Assembly (NCBI GenBank): GCA_042217575.1
Contig: JBDGSK010000014.1
Location: forward strand, 10,930-74,929
Source of the DNA: Candidatus Nanohaloarchaea archaeon
GTDB taxonomy: Archaea > Nanohalarchaeota > Nanosalinia > Nanosalinales > Nanosalinaceae
Length of the DNA: 64,000 nucleotides
Direction of reading: 5' to 3'
The notes beneath the pieces are model-generated. The model was given only the letters and a program-made list of their open reading frames with translations, made no database searches and had not been told where the DNA came from. The translations under genes were made by a program, and so were the position numbers. This document shows, piece after piece, positions 56,189 to 64,000 of the stretch. Numbering within the stretch: the stretch's first letter is position 1; every line of letters starts with the position of its first letter.

Positions 56189-56561
56189 CGAATTTTAGGG
56201 CGATGGAGTTGATGCAGTACCTTTTGCCTGTCGGTTCCGGGCCATCATCGAAGACATGTCCGAGATGTGAGTCGCAGTCAGCGCAGACTACTTCAGTTCT
56301 CTCCATGCCGGCGGAGCGGTCTTCTTTAAACTTCACCGCGTCTTTCCTGACGTCTTTGAATGAAGGCCAGCCGGATCCCGACTTGAACTTCTCCTTGGAG
56401 TCGAAAAGAACGTTTCCGCAGGCGGAGCAGCTGTAAAATCCTTCTTCATCTCGGTCGACGTGTTCTCCGGAGAAGCGCGGCTCTGTGCCTTTTTCCCGCA
56501 TCACCCGGTACTGCTCTTCCGTGAGTTTTTCTCTCATCTCTTCTTCGGAGACATCTGTCAT
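56172..56561 (-). CDS. msrB: peptide-methionine (R)-S-oxide reductase MsrB
   Basis: ATG 56561 gives MTDVSEEEMREKLTEEQYRVMREKGTE. It has the zinc CxxC pairs CSACGN and CADCDSHLGHVF, and the catalytic RYCINS. Confidence 0.9.
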   Translation of the reverse strand: MTDVSEEEMREKLTEEQYRVMREKGTEPRFSGEHVDRDEEGFYSCSACGNVLFDSKEKFKSGSGWPSFKDVRKDAVKFKEDRSAGMERTEVVCADCDSHLGHVFDDGPEPTGKRYCINSIALKFDEGKE

Positions 56562-56613
56562 GTCGCCTCTTTGCGCTCCAATCTTTAAATCAAGAGGTTG
56601 CACAGCTGTGGAT

Positions 56614-56919
56614 ATGTCCCTCGTAGAAGAATTTTTTGAATTCCTGAAGGAGTACAGCGTCATCGGCCTGGCGGTGGCGTTCGTGATAGGAGTCTCGGCG
56701 AAAGACCTGGTGAACGCCGTGGTCGATGACGTGGTAATGCCGGTGATAGAACTCTTCCTCCTGGGAGGGGAATGGCAGAAGTTTACCTACAGGTTCTTCG
56801 GCGCGGAACTGAAGCTCGGCCATCTCGCCGCAGCACTACTCGACTTCCTGATCATCGCCGCACTCGTGTTCCTTGTCGCGAAGTACGTGATGAAGAAGGA
56901 AGAAGTAGGAAAGCTCTGA
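56614..56919 (+). CDS. mscL: large-conductance mechanosensitive channel MscL
   Basis: ATG 56614 gives MSLVEEFFEFLKEYSVIGLAVAFVIGVSAKDLVNAVVDDVVMPVI... followed by LLDFLIIAALVFLVAKY. Confidence 0.8.
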   Translation: MSLVEEFFEFLKEYSVIGLAVAFVIGVSAKDLVNAVVDDVVMPVIELFLLGGEWQKFTYRFFGAELKLGHLAAALLDFLIIAALVFLVAKYVMKKEEVGKL

Positions 56920-56980
56920 TGCCGGAAGTAGCGGAAGACTGCTCGAACCTTTTTAACGTACTGAGAGAGGAACTTTCCGC

Positions 56981-57652
56981 ATGGCTTACAAGCTTTCACC
57001 TTCACGCATGAACCTGTTCTTCGAATGCAAGCGGTGCTTCCATCTGCGCGTCAACAAGAAGATCAAAAGGCCCAGCGGGCCCTTTCCCAGCCTCCCTGGC
57101 GGTGTCGACGACGCGGTGAAGCAGCACTTTGACTCGTTCCGGGAAAAAGGTGACGTTCCGCCCGAAATCGAGGAAAGCGACCGGAACCTGACGCTTTTCG
57201 AGGATCAGGACTTCCTGGAGAACGCTCGTTCATGGCGTACAGAGCCGAAATGGCGCGACCCGGAGACAGGCGCACTTCTGCGCGGAGGAGTCGACGACCT
57301 TCTCAGAAACGAAGACGGGGAAATCGTGGTACTGGACTACAAAACGCGGGGTTACCCGCCGAAAGAGGAGAACGGAGCCCCGGACTACTACGCGCGACAG
57401 GTCAATCTCTACAATCTCATCCTGCGGGAGAACGGTTATAGGACTGCGGACTACGGGCTTATACTCTACTTCTATCCTGACGGCTTCAAGCAGAGCGGAG
57501 AGTTCGTGTTCGAGACAGAGGTAAGGAAAGTAGACGTTGACATCGCGGAAGCAAAGCAGATGGTCAGAGACGCGGTAGAGGCACTGGAGGACGGAATACC
57601 TGAGCACGATGATGACTGTGACTACTCGGACTGGAGGCCTCAGACCGGCTGA
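56981..57652 (+). CDS. PD-(D/E)XK nuclease, Cas4/RecB-like
   Basis: It has GGVDDLL...GEIVVLDYKT (D...DxK) and a QxxxY-type YYARQVNLY. There is an N-terminal CxxC (ECKRCFH) and a single C-terminal Cys. Confidence 0.6.
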   Translation: MAYKLSPSRMNLFFECKRCFHLRVNKKIKRPSGPFPSLPGGVDDAVKQHFDSFREKGDVPPEIEESDRNLTLFEDQDFLENARSWRTEPKWRDPETGALLRGGVDDLLRNEDGEIVVLDYKTRGYPPKEENGAPDYYARQVNLYNLILRENGYRTADYGLILYFYPDGFKQSGEFVFETEVRKVDVDIAEAKQMVRDAVEALEDGIPEHDDDCDYSDWRPQTG

Positions 57653-57692
57653 GAAAGAGTTTTTAACTCGGGAACTGTAAACTGAACCTGTC

Positions 57693-57932
57693 ATGGAACT
57701 AGAGGTTATGGAAAGCCCTCGGAGGGCTGCGGTGGTCGCCGCAGTCTCGCTCTGGGTTGTGATGTACACGCTCGGCTTTCTGCACCAGGCCGGAGGCATC
57801 TATGTCCTTTTCGGCGGCGAAGCACCGGGAAGCCCCCTGCTTCACGCCACGAACGACTGGCTTTTCGGGCTTGTGCCGTTCGCAGTCACAACCGCTTTAG
57901 CCGAGGGAGTCCTGCGTTTCCGATCCAGGTAG
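57693..57932 (+). CDS. hypothetical small membrane protein
   Basis: The 79-aa protein has 2-3 hydrophobic segments. Confidence 0.4.
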   Translation: MELEVMESPRRAAVVAAVSLWVVMYTLGFLHQAGGIYVLFGGEAPGSPLLHATNDWLFGLVPFAVTTALAEGVLRFRSR

Positions 57933-58013
57933 CGAAAACCTGAGGAAGTAACCCATTAAACCTTCTTTCTTCACCGCCTGAAATTTTAAGTAGCAATTAC
58001 CGCAATCCTTTGT

Positions 58014-58397
58014 GTGAATTCCGCATTCCTCGCCGAGTTCCTCGGTTTTTACATCCTGGTGGTTTCGGCAGTCTTCCTGCTGAAGTACGAGTCTTTCGCA
58101 GAGTACGCCCGTGAGTTTGCGGAGGACAGTTCGCTGCGTTACACGGTTGCGTTCATCGAGCTGGCCGGAGGACTCGCGATAGTACTTACTCACAACGTCT
58201 GGAAGCTCGGCTATCGAGGAGTCGTAACTGTGATAGGGTGGATGATGCTGGTCGAAGCTGTCTTCCATTTCGTCGCTTCAGATGAGCAGGAGTCAAGGGT
58301 CGTGGAGGCTTTAGACAGCGAGTTCTACTTCCTCGGTTTCGGGATACTCTCTGTGCTGCTCGGCGTCTACCTCATCACGCACGGCTTTGGGATGTAA
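58014..58397 (+). CDS. hypothetical membrane protein
   Basis: The 127-aa protein has about 4 TM segments. The start is GTG. Confidence 0.5.
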   Translation: MNSAFLAEFLGFYILVVSAVFLLKYESFAEYAREFAEDSSLRYTVAFIELAGGLAIVLTHNVWKLGYRGVVTVIGWMMLVEAVFHFVASDEQESRVVEALDSEFYFLGFGILSVLLGVYLITHGFGM

Positions 58398-58399
58398 AC

Positions 58400-59155
58400 T
58401 CAGTCCCTGACCGCGCTGGAAAGCTCTTCAGCCAGTTCTTCAACGGCTTCAATCCCGCCCTCCCTGTAGGCGTCGATCAGTGCGCTGCCGACGATGACGC
58501 CGTCAGCGCCTTCCCTGATCGCTGTGGAGGCTAACTCTCCGCTGGATATTCCGAAGCCTATGCAGCGAGGCACGTCAAGCGACTCCGTCGATCCGAGGAT
58601 ATCCGCTATCTGGTCGCTGAAGCTGTCTCTCGCGCCGGTGGTTCCCTTGACTGACACAAGATATGCGAAGCCTTCAGTTTTCTCGCCGATCTTTTCCACG
58701 CGTTCCCGGGGCGTGTTCTGGGTGACGAGGAAGATGCTGTCAAGCGAGGTGTCGATATGCCCGAGTTCTTCTTCGAACTCCTCGGGGGGCATGTCCGGCA
58801 CGATCAAGCCGTTTACCCCTGCTTTTTCCGCGTCCCTCAGGAACTCTTCGTAGCCGTAGGCGTGGAGCGTGTTGGCGTACGCCATCAAAACTACCGGTGT
58901 GTCGCGGAAACGGGAGGCGAGCTCTATTGCGTCAGCCGGTTCGAAATCGTTTTCAAGCGCGTCTACATCGGCCTCCTTGATGGTGGGGCCGTCAGCCATC
59001 GGGTCGCTGAACGGCACTCCAAGCTCTATGACATCAGCGCCAGCGTTGACAAGCGTCCGGATTATCTCCTCCGAGGTCTCAAGATCAGGAAAGCCTGCCA
59101 CGGTGAACGGCATGAAAGCGTTTCCATCCTCGAACGCTTCCTCAAGTGAACTCAA
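58400..59155 (-). CDS. trpA: tryptophan synthase alpha chain
   Basis: It has [16 protein letters not shown] and GFGIS motifs. The TTG start overlaps the trpB end by 14 nt. Confidence 0.9.
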   Translation of the reverse strand: MSSLEEAFEDGNAFMPFTVAGFPDLETSEEIIRTLVNAGADVIELGVPFSDPMADGPTIKEADVDALENDFEPADAIELASRFRDTPVVLMAYANTLHAYGYEEFLRDAEKAGVNGLIVPDMPPEEFEEELGHIDTSLDSIFLVTQNTPRERVEKIGEKTEGFAYLVSVKGTTGARDSFSDQIADILGSTESLDVPRCIGFGISSGELASTAIREGADGVIVGSALIDAYREGGIEAVEELAEELSSAVRD

Positions 59156-60308
59156 CTTGTTCCACCTCCGCGATAGTCTCCATGTCTTTGTCTCCTCTTC
59201 CCGAGAGGTTCACGATTATCTTGTCGTGGCTTTCCGACAGCTTCTCCGCGAGAGCTACTGCGTGGGCTGACTCCAGGGCAGGGATCACTCCCTCGGTCTC
59301 GGAAAGGTCGGTGAAGGCTTTTAACGCCTCTTCATCGGAGACAGGAGTGTACTCCGCCCTTCCCAGTTCCTCCATCCTTGAGTGGGCGGGGCCTACCGCC
59401 GGGTAGTCAAGCCCTGCGGAGACAGACTCTGTCTCCTCGACATTTCCGTGCTCGTCCTGGAGAAGGTGGGCCTTGAAGCCCTGGAAAATCCCTGGTTCGC
59501 CGTTGGAGATCGCGGCAGCGCCGTCTTCCTGTCCGCCGGCTTCTGCGCCGTGGAATTCTACATCGTCGTCCATGAAGGCATGGAAAAGCCCGATCGCGTT
59601 GCTTCCTCCTCCGACGCACGCCACGAGTGCGTCCGGTGTTCCTCCTTCGGCTTCCATGTACTGTCTTCTTGCCTCTTCGCCTATAGTTGAGTGGAAGTAG
59701 CGCACCATCTCCGGGAAAGGTTCGGGGCCGACCACAGATCCTATCAGGTAGTGCGTGCTATCGGAGCTGGAGACGTAATCCTGTAGAGCGGCTGTGACCG
59801 CGTCTTTCAGGGTTTCCGAACCGTCAGTCACAGGATTGACCTCGGCCCCGCATTTTTTCATTCGCAGAGCGTTCATCCTCTGGCGTTCCACGTCCTTTCT
59901 TCCCATGTATATCTCGACATCCATATCGAAGTAGGCGCCAGCCATTGCTGTCGCGATGCCGTGCTGTCCGGCTCCTGTTTCGGCTATCAGGCGTTCCTTA
60001 CCCATCTTCTTGGCAAGGAGTGCCTGGCCCAGCGTGTTGTTTATCTTGTGGGCGCCTCCATGCAGAAGATCCTCTCGTTTGAGGTAGATATCGGCACCGT
60101 AGCGTTCCGAAAGGTTTTCGGCGTAGTAGAGGTTTGTCGGGCGTCCGGCGAAGTTCTCGAGGTGTTCCCGGAACTCTCTGTTGAACTTCTCGCTGTCCCT
60201 TGCCTCTTCGAACTCCTGTCTGAGCTCTTCAAGCACAGGGACTAGCAATTCCGGCACGTACCTGCCGCCGAACTCTGTCCTTTCTGACTCCATAGTATCA
60301 TTAGACAT
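59142..60308 (-). CDS. trpB: tryptophan synthase beta chain
   Basis: ATG 60308 gives [20 protein letters not shown]. It has the PLP-lysine motif HGGAHKINN and GGGSNAIG. Confidence 0.95.
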   Translation of the reverse strand: MSNDTMESERTEFGGRYVPELLVPVLEELRQEFEEARDSEKFNREFREHLENFAGRPTNLYYAENLSERYGADIYLKREDLLHGGAHKINNTLGQALLAKKMGKERLIAETGAGQHGIATAMAGAYFDMDVEIYMGRKDVERQRMNALRMKKCGAEVNPVTDGSETLKDAVTAALQDYVSSSDSTHYLIGSVVGPEPFPEMVRYFHSTIGEEARRQYMEAEGGTPDALVACVGGGSNAIGLFHAFMDDDVEFHGAEAGGQEDGAAAISNGEPGIFQGFKAHLLQDEHGNVEETESVSAGLDYPAVGPAHSRMEELGRAEYTPVSDEEALKAFTDLSETEGVIPALESAHAVALAEKLSESHDKIIVNLSGRGDKDMETIAEVEQVEFT

Positions 60309-61623
60309 CTTCAAGCGCCTCCTCCAGCTTTCTGTAACGCTGGTAAGCCGTCTCATAACTGTTCTCATCCTCCGGCTGGAAAGTCTCCTTCACTGAGGTC
60401 ATCTCTGCGATAGCCTCTGTAAGGTTTTCATGTACGCCTTCTGCAGCCGAGGCGATCATAGCTGCGCCCAGCGCGGACGTGTCATCAGTTTCCAGTCGTT
60501 TAAATTCTTCTCCGACCACATCAGCTCTTATCCGGTTTCGTACATGACTCTTGGCTCCCCCGCCGCTTATCCGTACTTCCTTGATCTCGAATTCTTCGAA
60601 TTCTTCCCGGAGGAAGTATGCCTCTGCTTCTATGACGGAACGTGCGATCTCGGCGATCGACGTGCCGTTTTCTATGCCTGTTATCGTTCCGGGAAGTGAG
60701 TCCAGACGGTTGCCTTTGAAGAAGGGAAGCGTGAGCGGGCCTTCTGCAGGTTTTGTCTCCTCTATCATCGAGTCGATCTCCTCATAGGTGTAGTCCTCGG
60801 CCATGTTCTGCCGGAACCATTCATAGGCAGAACCGGCTGGCTCCGCACCAAGGTAGAATCCCTTTCCATCCACGAGGTGTGACTTGTTTGCGCGTTCATC
60901 TTCCTCGGGGAGACATACCGCAGTCACTGTTGTCGAGCCGCAGATTACCATGCCTTCGCCCTCCTGTTTTATGCCGGAGCCGAGAACACTGCATATCGCG
61001 TCCCACGGAGCCACGTATACAGGGATCTCGTCCAGCCCTGTCAACTGCCGCATCTCCCGGGACAGAGTTCCAAGCGGCGTCATCGAGTCGTTTAGTGGCG
61101 GCAAAAGCTGGTCAAACCCGAGTTCCTTCCCGGCCTCCTCTACTTCCCCGGTTACTCCGAAGTCGTTTCGGCGGAGTTCGCCTGTCAGGAGGTATCCTAT
61201 GTAGTCTCTTGCGTCGACCGCGTGTTCGACTTCGCCGAAGACATCGCCCTGGCTCTGCCTGACCCACTGCAGGTTTTCGAAAAGCTGTCTCTGACCCCAG
61301 TTAAGCCCTGGAAGCTCCGTATCGACTTCCTCCGTTCTTGAGTCCATATAGGCGAGGATAGAGTTCCTGACCGGTTTTCTATCCTTGCCGAGAAATGTTA
61401 TGCCTCTGCCGAGGCCTGTAACCGCTATCGCGTCGATGTCAGAGTCAATCGTCTGAAGCAGTTCTTTTACAGCGCCCTCCCATCTTTCAGGCATCTGCTC
61501 TGCACGGCCTCCTTCAAGAACCGCGTTTTCGTAGCTCGACGTTGCACGCTCAACTTCAGTTCCGTCAGGGTTGAAGACAATCACCTTGCAACTGCCTGTT
61601 CCGAGGTCAATCGCCGCTATCAT
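60301..61623 (-). CDS. FGGY-family carbohydrate kinase (xylulokinase/ribulokinase-like)
   Basis: It has the N-terminal IDLGTGSCK and the C-terminal ISGGGAKS. It overlaps trpC by ATGA and trpB by 8 nt. Confidence 0.85.
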   Translation of the reverse strand: MIAAIDLGTGSCKVIVFNPDGTEVERATSSYENAVLEGGRAEQMPERWEGAVKELLQTIDSDIDAIAVTGLGRGITFLGKDRKPVRNSILAYMDSRTEEVDTELPGLNWGQRQLFENLQWVRQSQGDVFGEVEHAVDARDYIGYLLTGELRRNDFGVTGEVEEAGKELGFDQLLPPLNDSMTPLGTLSREMRQLTGLDEIPVYVAPWDAICSVLGSGIKQEGEGMVICGSTTVTAVCLPEEDERANKSHLVDGKGFYLGAEPAGSAYEWFRQNMAEDYTYEEIDSMIEETKPAEGPLTLPFFKGNRLDSLPGTITGIENGTSIAEIARSVIEAEAYFLREEFEEFEIKEVRISGGGAKSHVRNRIRADVVGEEFKRLETDDTSALGAAMIASAAEGVHENLTEAIAEMTSVKETFQPEDENSYETAYQRYRKLEEALEDV

Positions 61624-62372
61624 CTTCCTGCACCTGTGAACCGTTCTACGTTTTCCTTTATATCTCCGTCCATGATCGCTGTCCCTATAAGAAGTCCGTC
61701 AGCACCTGCATCAAACATCTTTTCAGCCTCCTCTTCACCGGTTATGCCGCTTTCGGCTATAACTGTCCCACTGAAATCCTCCTGATTTACTTTTTCGAAG
61801 GTCGAGAGGTCTACTTCAAGCTTTCCGAGATCCCGGTTGTTGATCCCTATTATGTCGGCGCCGGCATCTACCGCCTCGCGGAACTCTTCCGCTGTATGTG
61901 TCTCCACGAGAACCTGGAAACCCCGGCTTCTTGCGGCTTCCAGCATCTCTTCGAGGTCGTCCAGGAAGCGAACGATCAACAGTACGAGGTCGGCTTCTAC
62001 CTCGTCAAGCTGCTCCTCTTCTATTATGAAATCTTTCCGGAGTACAGGGACTTCAACGGCTTCCCTGATCTTCCTCAGGTTCTCCTTCGAGCCCCCGAAG
62101 TGTTCCTCCTCCGTAAGCACGGAAATCGCTGAAGCGCCGCCTTCAACCATCTTCTCTGCTGCCTCGACAGGGCCCCGATCGTCTTCTCCCTCGGTAGTGG
62201 GGCTTGTAGGCTTGTACTCTGCGATGACCGGTCTGCGGCCATTAGAACGCGCTTCCTGGAAGGCTTCTTCAAGCGAACGTGGATCTACTTTCAACCTGGT
62301 GTTCTCGGTGTTCGCGCCCGCTGTTTCAAGTATAGATCTTACCTCGGGCGCCAGTTCAGATCTCTCCCGCAT
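61620..62372 (-). CDS. trpC: indole-3-glycerol-phosphate synthase
   Basis: ATG 62372 gives [11 protein letters not shown]... Motifs are [34 protein letters not shown] and IGINNRDL. Confidence 0.85.
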   Translation of the reverse strand: MRERSELAPEVRSILETAGANTENTRLKVDPRSLEEAFQEARSNGRRPVIAEYKPTSPTTEGEDDRGPVEAAEKMVEGGASAISVLTEEEHFGGSKENLRKIREAVEVPVLRKDFIIEEEQLDEVEADLVLLIVRFLDDLEEMLEAARSRGFQVLVETHTAEEFREAVDAGADIIGINNRDLGKLEVDLSTFEKVNQEDFSGTVIAESGITGEEEAEKMFDAGADGLLIGTAIMDGDIKENVERFTGAGR

Positions 62373-63243
62373 TTTCCAGATACACCTCCGAAAGCTCCTC
62401 CAGCGTCTCTTCATCGTTCGCCGCGACAAGAAACGGATAGTTCTGCTCCTCATCCTTCGGAATCTTTCCCTCATCCATCAGTACTTCGCCGCCAGCCTCC
62501 TCTATTATCAGGTTCGACGCCGCCACATCGTAATCGTTTATCGCCCCGAGAACCTGTCCCTCGCCCACTCCCTCAGCAAGGAATGCACCGTCCAGGGCCG
62601 CGGCGCCTCTGCGCCTGACCTGCACGCCCTCTCTCGACTTCAGTGCATCAACGACCGGCCTCTCGACTCCCCTGACCGTGCCGCTCCTGTCACTGACCTT
62701 GGCGTAGACCACTTCCATATCTCCCTCGCCGACCGATATCTCCCGGCCGGAGAGAAACGCTCCCTCTCCTTCAAGTGCAGTGTAGAGCTTCCTGGAGTCC
62801 TCCTCTACGTACTCCGGTGCCGCGATAGCCGCAGCACGGGTCTCACCGCCCTCAATATACGCTATCGAGAAGCAGTATTCAGGGGCTCCGACCTTGAAGT
62901 TCTGCGTCCCGTCTATAGGATCGATGAGGAAGTATCCATCCGACCCGGTTTCAGATCCAAGTTCCTCGCCCGCCACCTCGTAGCCCATGCCTTCAAGGTA
63001 CTCAGTTACTTCGCGCTCTATCGATTCGTCGATCTCGGTGACTTTCTCAGTTCCTTCGCGGACACGAGATTCAAACTCTGCGTCCTGCAGCCGGGAAAGT
63101 TCCTTTCCTGCCTCGGTCGCGACATGATCCGCCAGAAGGAACTCATTCAGGTACTCGGCTCCAGAACCTGCCAGATCGTAATCCTCGCTATGGGAGAAGT
63201 CGTAATCACTCGGGCCTTCCAGATTCATGCCAAAAACGTCCAC
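62356..63243 (-). CDS. inositol monophosphatase / FBPase-family phosphatase (SuhB-like)
   Basis: It has DPIDGTQNF and [15 protein letters not shown] motifs. The start is GTG 63243 or ATG 63228. The 3' end overlaps trpC by 17 nt. Confidence 0.85.
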   Translation of the reverse strand: MDVFGMNLEGPSDYDFSHSEDYDLAGSGAEYLNEFLLADHVATEAGKELSRLQDAEFESRVREGTEKVTEIDESIEREVTEYLEGMGYEVAGEELGSETGSDGYFLIDPIDGTQNFKVGAPEYCFSIAYIEGGETRAAAIAAPEYVEEDSRKLYTALEGEGAFLSGREISVGEGDMEVVYAKVSDRSGTVRGVERPVVDALKSREGVQVRRRGAAALDGAFLAEGVGEGQVLGAINDYDVAASNLIIEEAGGEVLMDEGKIPKDEEQNYPFLVAANDEETLEELSEVYLENAGEI

Positions 63244-63310
63244 CCTGTTCTGTCAAGCCCGGATTCATTAGCCCGTTATAGAGCTCGAATTCTTATATAG
63301 CTTGAGTTGG

Positions 63311-63946
63311 CTACCGCGACCGATAGAGATAGTAAGAGTATACCGAGGCGAATAACGCTATCGCAGCCACAGGAACAACGTAGAAATAAGTGCTGTAACG
63401 TGGCAGAAAAACCGCCAGCAGCGAGACGAAAGCAGCCAGTTTCATCAACGGGGCAGTCCTATCGTGAGTCTCCCTCCAGACTTCGTCGCTGCTCAACGTC
63501 CACGGAGTTCTTATGCCGACGAACCAGTTGCGCTCCGCCCTCTCCATAATCTTCCCAGCTAAAAAGTAGGCCGAGAAGACAACAGGAACTACCATCAGAG
63601 AAGGATTGAAGCGGAACCCTGAGTTCCAGGCCACTAACGCAGCCTGGAGGTACGTGAAGATCGCCAGCAGGAAAAGCTTCAGCAGCTCGAACAGCTCCTC
63701 AAAGCTTTCATAGTTGTCGCCCAGCGGATCTATTTTCGGCAGATAACGGAATATTATAGAAGTCAAAACAGCCAGCGAGGGAAGAGCCAGCAGACCAGGC
63801 ACCATCGCCATGTATCCATCCGGTGAACCTGCAGAGCTGAAATGAACTGCTATCCTGCCAGACAGCTCCACAAAGCCGTAGACCGTGACAGCCGCCAGAA
63901 TTGCGAAAAGAGAGGCAGAAGCATAACCGTTTCTTGAAAGCTCCAT
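63311..63946 (-). CDS. SdpI/DUF1648-family membrane protein
   Basis: It has HFSSAGSPDGY, YLPKIDP and NWFVGIRTPWTLSSDEVW motifs and about 5 TM segments. The start is ATG 63946. Confidence 0.6.
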   Translation of the reverse strand: MELSRNGYASASLFAILAAVTVYGFVELSGRIAVHFSSAGSPDGYMAMVPGLLALPSLAVLTSIIFRYLPKIDPLGDNYESFEELFELLKLFLLAIFTYLQAALVAWNSGFRFNPSLMVVPVVFSAYFLAGKIMERAERNWFVGIRTPWTLSSDEVWRETHDRTAPLMKLAAFVSLLAVFLPRYSTYFYVVPVAAIALFASVYSYYLYRSR

Positions 63947-64000
63947 AGACAAATTTGCCTCCCCCTCAGCTTAAAAACTGTCCTTCCACCGGGCCACCGA

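Noticed and set aside
61837-63300. 487-aa plus-strand ORF spanning the trpC and IMPase genes
   Set aside because: It is Ser/Arg/Leu-rich and non-acidic with no motifs. It is fully antisense to two ORFs that carry strong family signatures (TrpC, IMPase). The lack of stops is probably a codon-bias effect.
1-64000. Scan for CRISPR arrays, IS elements, transposases, integrases, prophage or plasmid genes, and rRNA or canonical tRNA genes
   Set aside because: I could find none by eye. The only notable DNA repeat is the 19-nt duplication at 20576..20618. The paralogous genes are diverged at the nucleotide level.

Overview
This is a gene-dense, roughly 90% coding archaeal chromosomal segment. Archaeal identity rests on r-proteins L21e, L39e, LX and S19e, plus RpoF, aIF6, Pus10, prefoldin, SRP54/FtsY, aTrm56, RNase P Rpp21 and mre11-rad50-herA. 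Nearly all predicted proteins are strongly D/E-rich, which fits a salt-in halophile. The compact genes with many ATGA overlaps and the giant Cys-rich secreted proteins make me suspect a small-genome DPANN/Nanohaloarchaeota-like organism, but that is inference only. I found no rRNA, convincing tRNA, CRISPR array, transposase or integrase. Housekeeping content includes pyrG, ksgA, thrS, rnz, trpC/B/A, msrB, mscL, an ABC transporter, two GT4 glycosyltransferases and several tRNA-modification enzymes. Six loci are not explained by standard annotation. (1) A lineage-specific family of about 240-280 aa acidic proteins is present four times. Three copies are tandem at 35.7-38.1 kb and one lies at 0.4-1.1 kb. 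Two copies are translationally coupled to a small winged-helix-like protein, and only one keeps an HExxH motif. (2) A 10-kb co-directional array encodes four very large secreted Cys-rich proteins in two paralog pairs, ending at herA. A separate 909-aa protein looks like a heavily N-glycosylated S-layer protein. (3) An asparagine-synthetase-like enzyme lacks its glutaminase nucleophile and is preceded by a 49-aa ORF with its own promoter. (4) An FGGY sugar kinase and an IMPase-family phosphatase are embedded in a partial trpC-B-A operon. (5) A 378-nt gene-free region with several hairpins lies between two convergent genes. (6) A diadenylate-cyclase-like gene has an altered RHR motif. Several ORF-track starts use TTG or GTG, and I re-set those starts where motifs or an in-frame ATG supported it.
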